59,825 nucleotides of DNA from Cyanophora paradoxa CCMP329 (lineage: Eukaryota > Plantae > Glaucophyta): the NCBI GenBank assembly GCA_004431415.1, contig QPMI01000307.1, forward strand, positions 1 to 59,825, given 5' to 3'. The notes under the pieces were generated by a model, which worked only from the letters and a program-made list of their open reading frames with translations, was not told where the DNA came from and did not search any database. Shown here one piece after another: positions 57,647 to 59,825 of the stretch (the first letter of the stretch is position 1; each line of letters starts with the position of its first letter). The translations under genes and the position numbers were made by a program.

Positions 57647-59825
57647 ATGAGCGTGCGCCCGGGAGCCCTTCCGGCCGCGCTGGAGCGCCAGGTGTGAGAG
57701 TGCTGAACGAATTCGCAGGACGCCGAAAGAAAGAAGGACGACAAAAAGGATCGCGACGACGACAAGGACCGCGAGAGGAGCTCAAGCCGGAAAGACAAGG
57801 ACAGGGACAGGAAACGGCGCTCTCGTTCGCGCTCCCGGTCGAAGTCGCGGGACAGGAAGGACAGGTCGCGCAGCCGGTGAGCCATTTCGGCTGGTCGAAG
57901 CCGCCTTCGGTGTAGCTGAACCTGTCGCAGTCGCTCTCGCAGTCGAAGCCGCAGCCCGCGGCGGAAGCGGAGCCGCAGCCGCAGCCGCGACAAGAGCCCG
58001 CCGGCGTCATGGCGCTCGCGGAACCGCAGCCCGCCGCCTCCGCGGCGTGAAGGAGGGTGCGTGGCGATGCGGATTTGTCATTCCTTGCATCCGCCAGCGC
58101 CATGCGCGCGGGGCCAATCACTGATGCTGGCGCGAAGGAGCGACCGCGAGAACCCCTATGCGGAGACGCGTGGCGACTATCGGGCGTACCGCTACAAGGC
58201 TCGGGAGGCCCGGGAAGCCGCTCCTCTCGATGCGATGTCGGCGAAAGGTGCGAGACGGCGAGAACGCGGTCCACTTAGCACCATCTAGCACTCTACTCGG
58301 GTCGGCGTGCGGGGTGGCCCTCATTCCGCGGGGTGTCCATTAGGCCTCATTTCGATGGCCGCATCGCTTGCCGCGTCCCCCGCGCCCAGAGCGCAAAGGT
58401 CTGCGCTGTTTCGTGGCGACCGAGTCCAGCTCGCGCTCGAAGGCGGCAGTGCTTCTGACTATGCCTGCGCGGCCAGACCCGCGTCGTATTTGGGTCATTG
58501 GTTTCTCTAGGGTAAAGCCGGCCGCATTCCTTTCGCCGCTTAGGCTCTCAGGGAACAGTCACCGCCGGCGCAACTTCCTCCCGGTGCTCGCCTCAGGCCG
58601 GCACCTCTGACCGGGCTCCCCTTCGTTGCGCAGAGCGGGAGAAGGCGGAATACGAGCGGGACCAGCGGACGGTGTTCGTGTACCACCTCTCCACGAAGAC
58701 AGACGAGAAGCAGCTCATTGACTTCTTTGCCATCGCCGGCAAAGTCAACGACGTGCGCCCACCCGCCCTTTTCTTTCTTTCCCTTCTTTCTCTGACGCCT
58801 TCGCAGGTGCGTCTGATCGCCGACCGCCGCACGCGGAAGCACAAGGGGTGAGCCGGGGTCCCACCCGCCCCGCGCTAGCGGCGGCGACCCCTGACTAGCG
58901 GCCCGCGCCAGCTTCGGGTACATCGAGTTCGAGAACAAGGAGTCGGTGCCGAAGGCCCTGATGATGTCCGGGCAGGTGCGGCCCAACCCGGCGCGGCGCC
59001 CGGGGCGCTGCCCCCGCCGACCGCCGCGCAGATGCTGAACAGCATGAGCGTGATGGTGAAGGCGTCGGAGGCGGAGAAGAACCTGCTCGCCCAGTGCGCC
59101 GCGCCGGGGCCGGGGGCGGCGGGGCCCGGGCCGAGGCGGGGCGGGGCGGCAGGTCGACGACGACGACGGCGGCGCAGATGGCGAGCCTGGGCCCCGCGAA
59201 GGTCTTCGTCGGGAACCTCCACTTCAACCTCGGCGAGGACGACGTGCGCCCCCGGCCCCCCGGCCCCCCCGCCCCCCGGCGCCGACGCCCCGGGGCCGCA
59301 GATCCGAGCGGTCTTCTCGCCCTTCGGGGACATCGACATGATCCAGGTGGCGATGGACGACCAGAACCAGTCCAAGGGCTACGCCTTCGTCCAGTGCGCG
59401 CGCGCCCGCCCCGCCGCGGGCGCCGGGGCCGACGCGGGGGCGCCGGCAGCTTCCGGCGGATGGAGGACGGGAAGAAGGCGGTGAACGGGCTGAACGGGTT
59501 CGAGCTGGCGGGGCGCGCCATGAAGGTGAACCTGGAGACGGAGGCCTCGCGCCTGGCGAGCAGCGGCGGCGGCGGCGGCGGCTACGGCGGCTCCGGCGCC
59601 AACGTCTCCAACCTCGAGCTCGACGACGACGGTCCGCGCCCCCCGCCCCGCCCCGCCCCGCCCGCCCGGGCCGGCGCGGGGCCGACGGGCAGCGGGGTGC
59701 GCAGAGGGCGGCGGCCACTCGCTGAACCCGCAGTCGCGCGCGGCGCTGATGCAGAAGCTGGCGCGCGGCGTGATGCCCTCGCCCCGCCGGCGGCCCCGGC
59801 TCCCGTGGCCGCGAGCCTGGTGGCG
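57647..59825 (+). CDS. RBM39: RBM39/RBM23 (CAPER, CC1-like) splicing factor, 5' part (runs off the window)
   Basis: RS/RD-rich N-terminus; ERDQRTVFV..GKVNDVRLIADRRTRKHKGFGYIEF (RRM1); VKASEAEKN; KVFVGNLHFNL..SKGYAFVQF..LNGFELAGRAMKV (RRM2); LDDDEGGG..SRAALMQKLAR linker. Confidence 0.94.

Noticed and set aside
1-59825. Hundreds of long Pro/Arg/Gly/Ala-rich six-frame ORFs
   Set aside because: They result from very high GC and few stop codons. The real genes appear only after splicing short introns.

Overview
Gene-dense, very GC-rich eukaryotic nuclear DNA in which nearly every gene is split by short (mostly 45-75 nt) spliceosomal introns, so the six-frame ORFs are largely GC-driven artefacts. 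One gene has a plastid transit peptide starting MASAFV, which together with the intron style suggests a glaucophyte or another non-green primary alga (inference). Hand-spliced genes, in order: class III nucleotide cyclase (3' part), a weak unknown C2H2-type gene, ABHD17-like hydrolase with three UBA domains, eIF4E-transporter-like protein, anoctamin, PCH2/TRIP13, Rho-like pseudo-GTPase with three Fn3-associated repeats, a 68-aa three-exon gene, CDC45, FAHD1, NmrA-like protein with a CaaX box, an MGSCC-acylated unknown protein, a plastid FAD oxidoreductase of cyanobacterial type, mitochondrial intermediate peptidase, an EEP-family phosphodiesterase, two coiled-coil proteins and RBM39 (5' part). 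Two near-identical, full-length tyrosine-recombinase retrotransposons (Ngaro-like, split direct repeats A1-gag-pol-YR-B1-A2-B2) lie head-to-head at 37969-44231 (-) and 45909-52161 (+) and enclose exactly one host gene. The most unusual signals are this arrangement, an att-like inverted repeat at the element's B/A junction, two 94%-identical introns at different sites of one gene, about 30% GC-AG introns with a G(T/C)(G/C)CGC donor, a recurring GGGGTAC promoter motif, and a candidate poison cassette in RBM39. Scattered single-base indels in homopolymers look like long-read errors, so gene boundaries are approximate.
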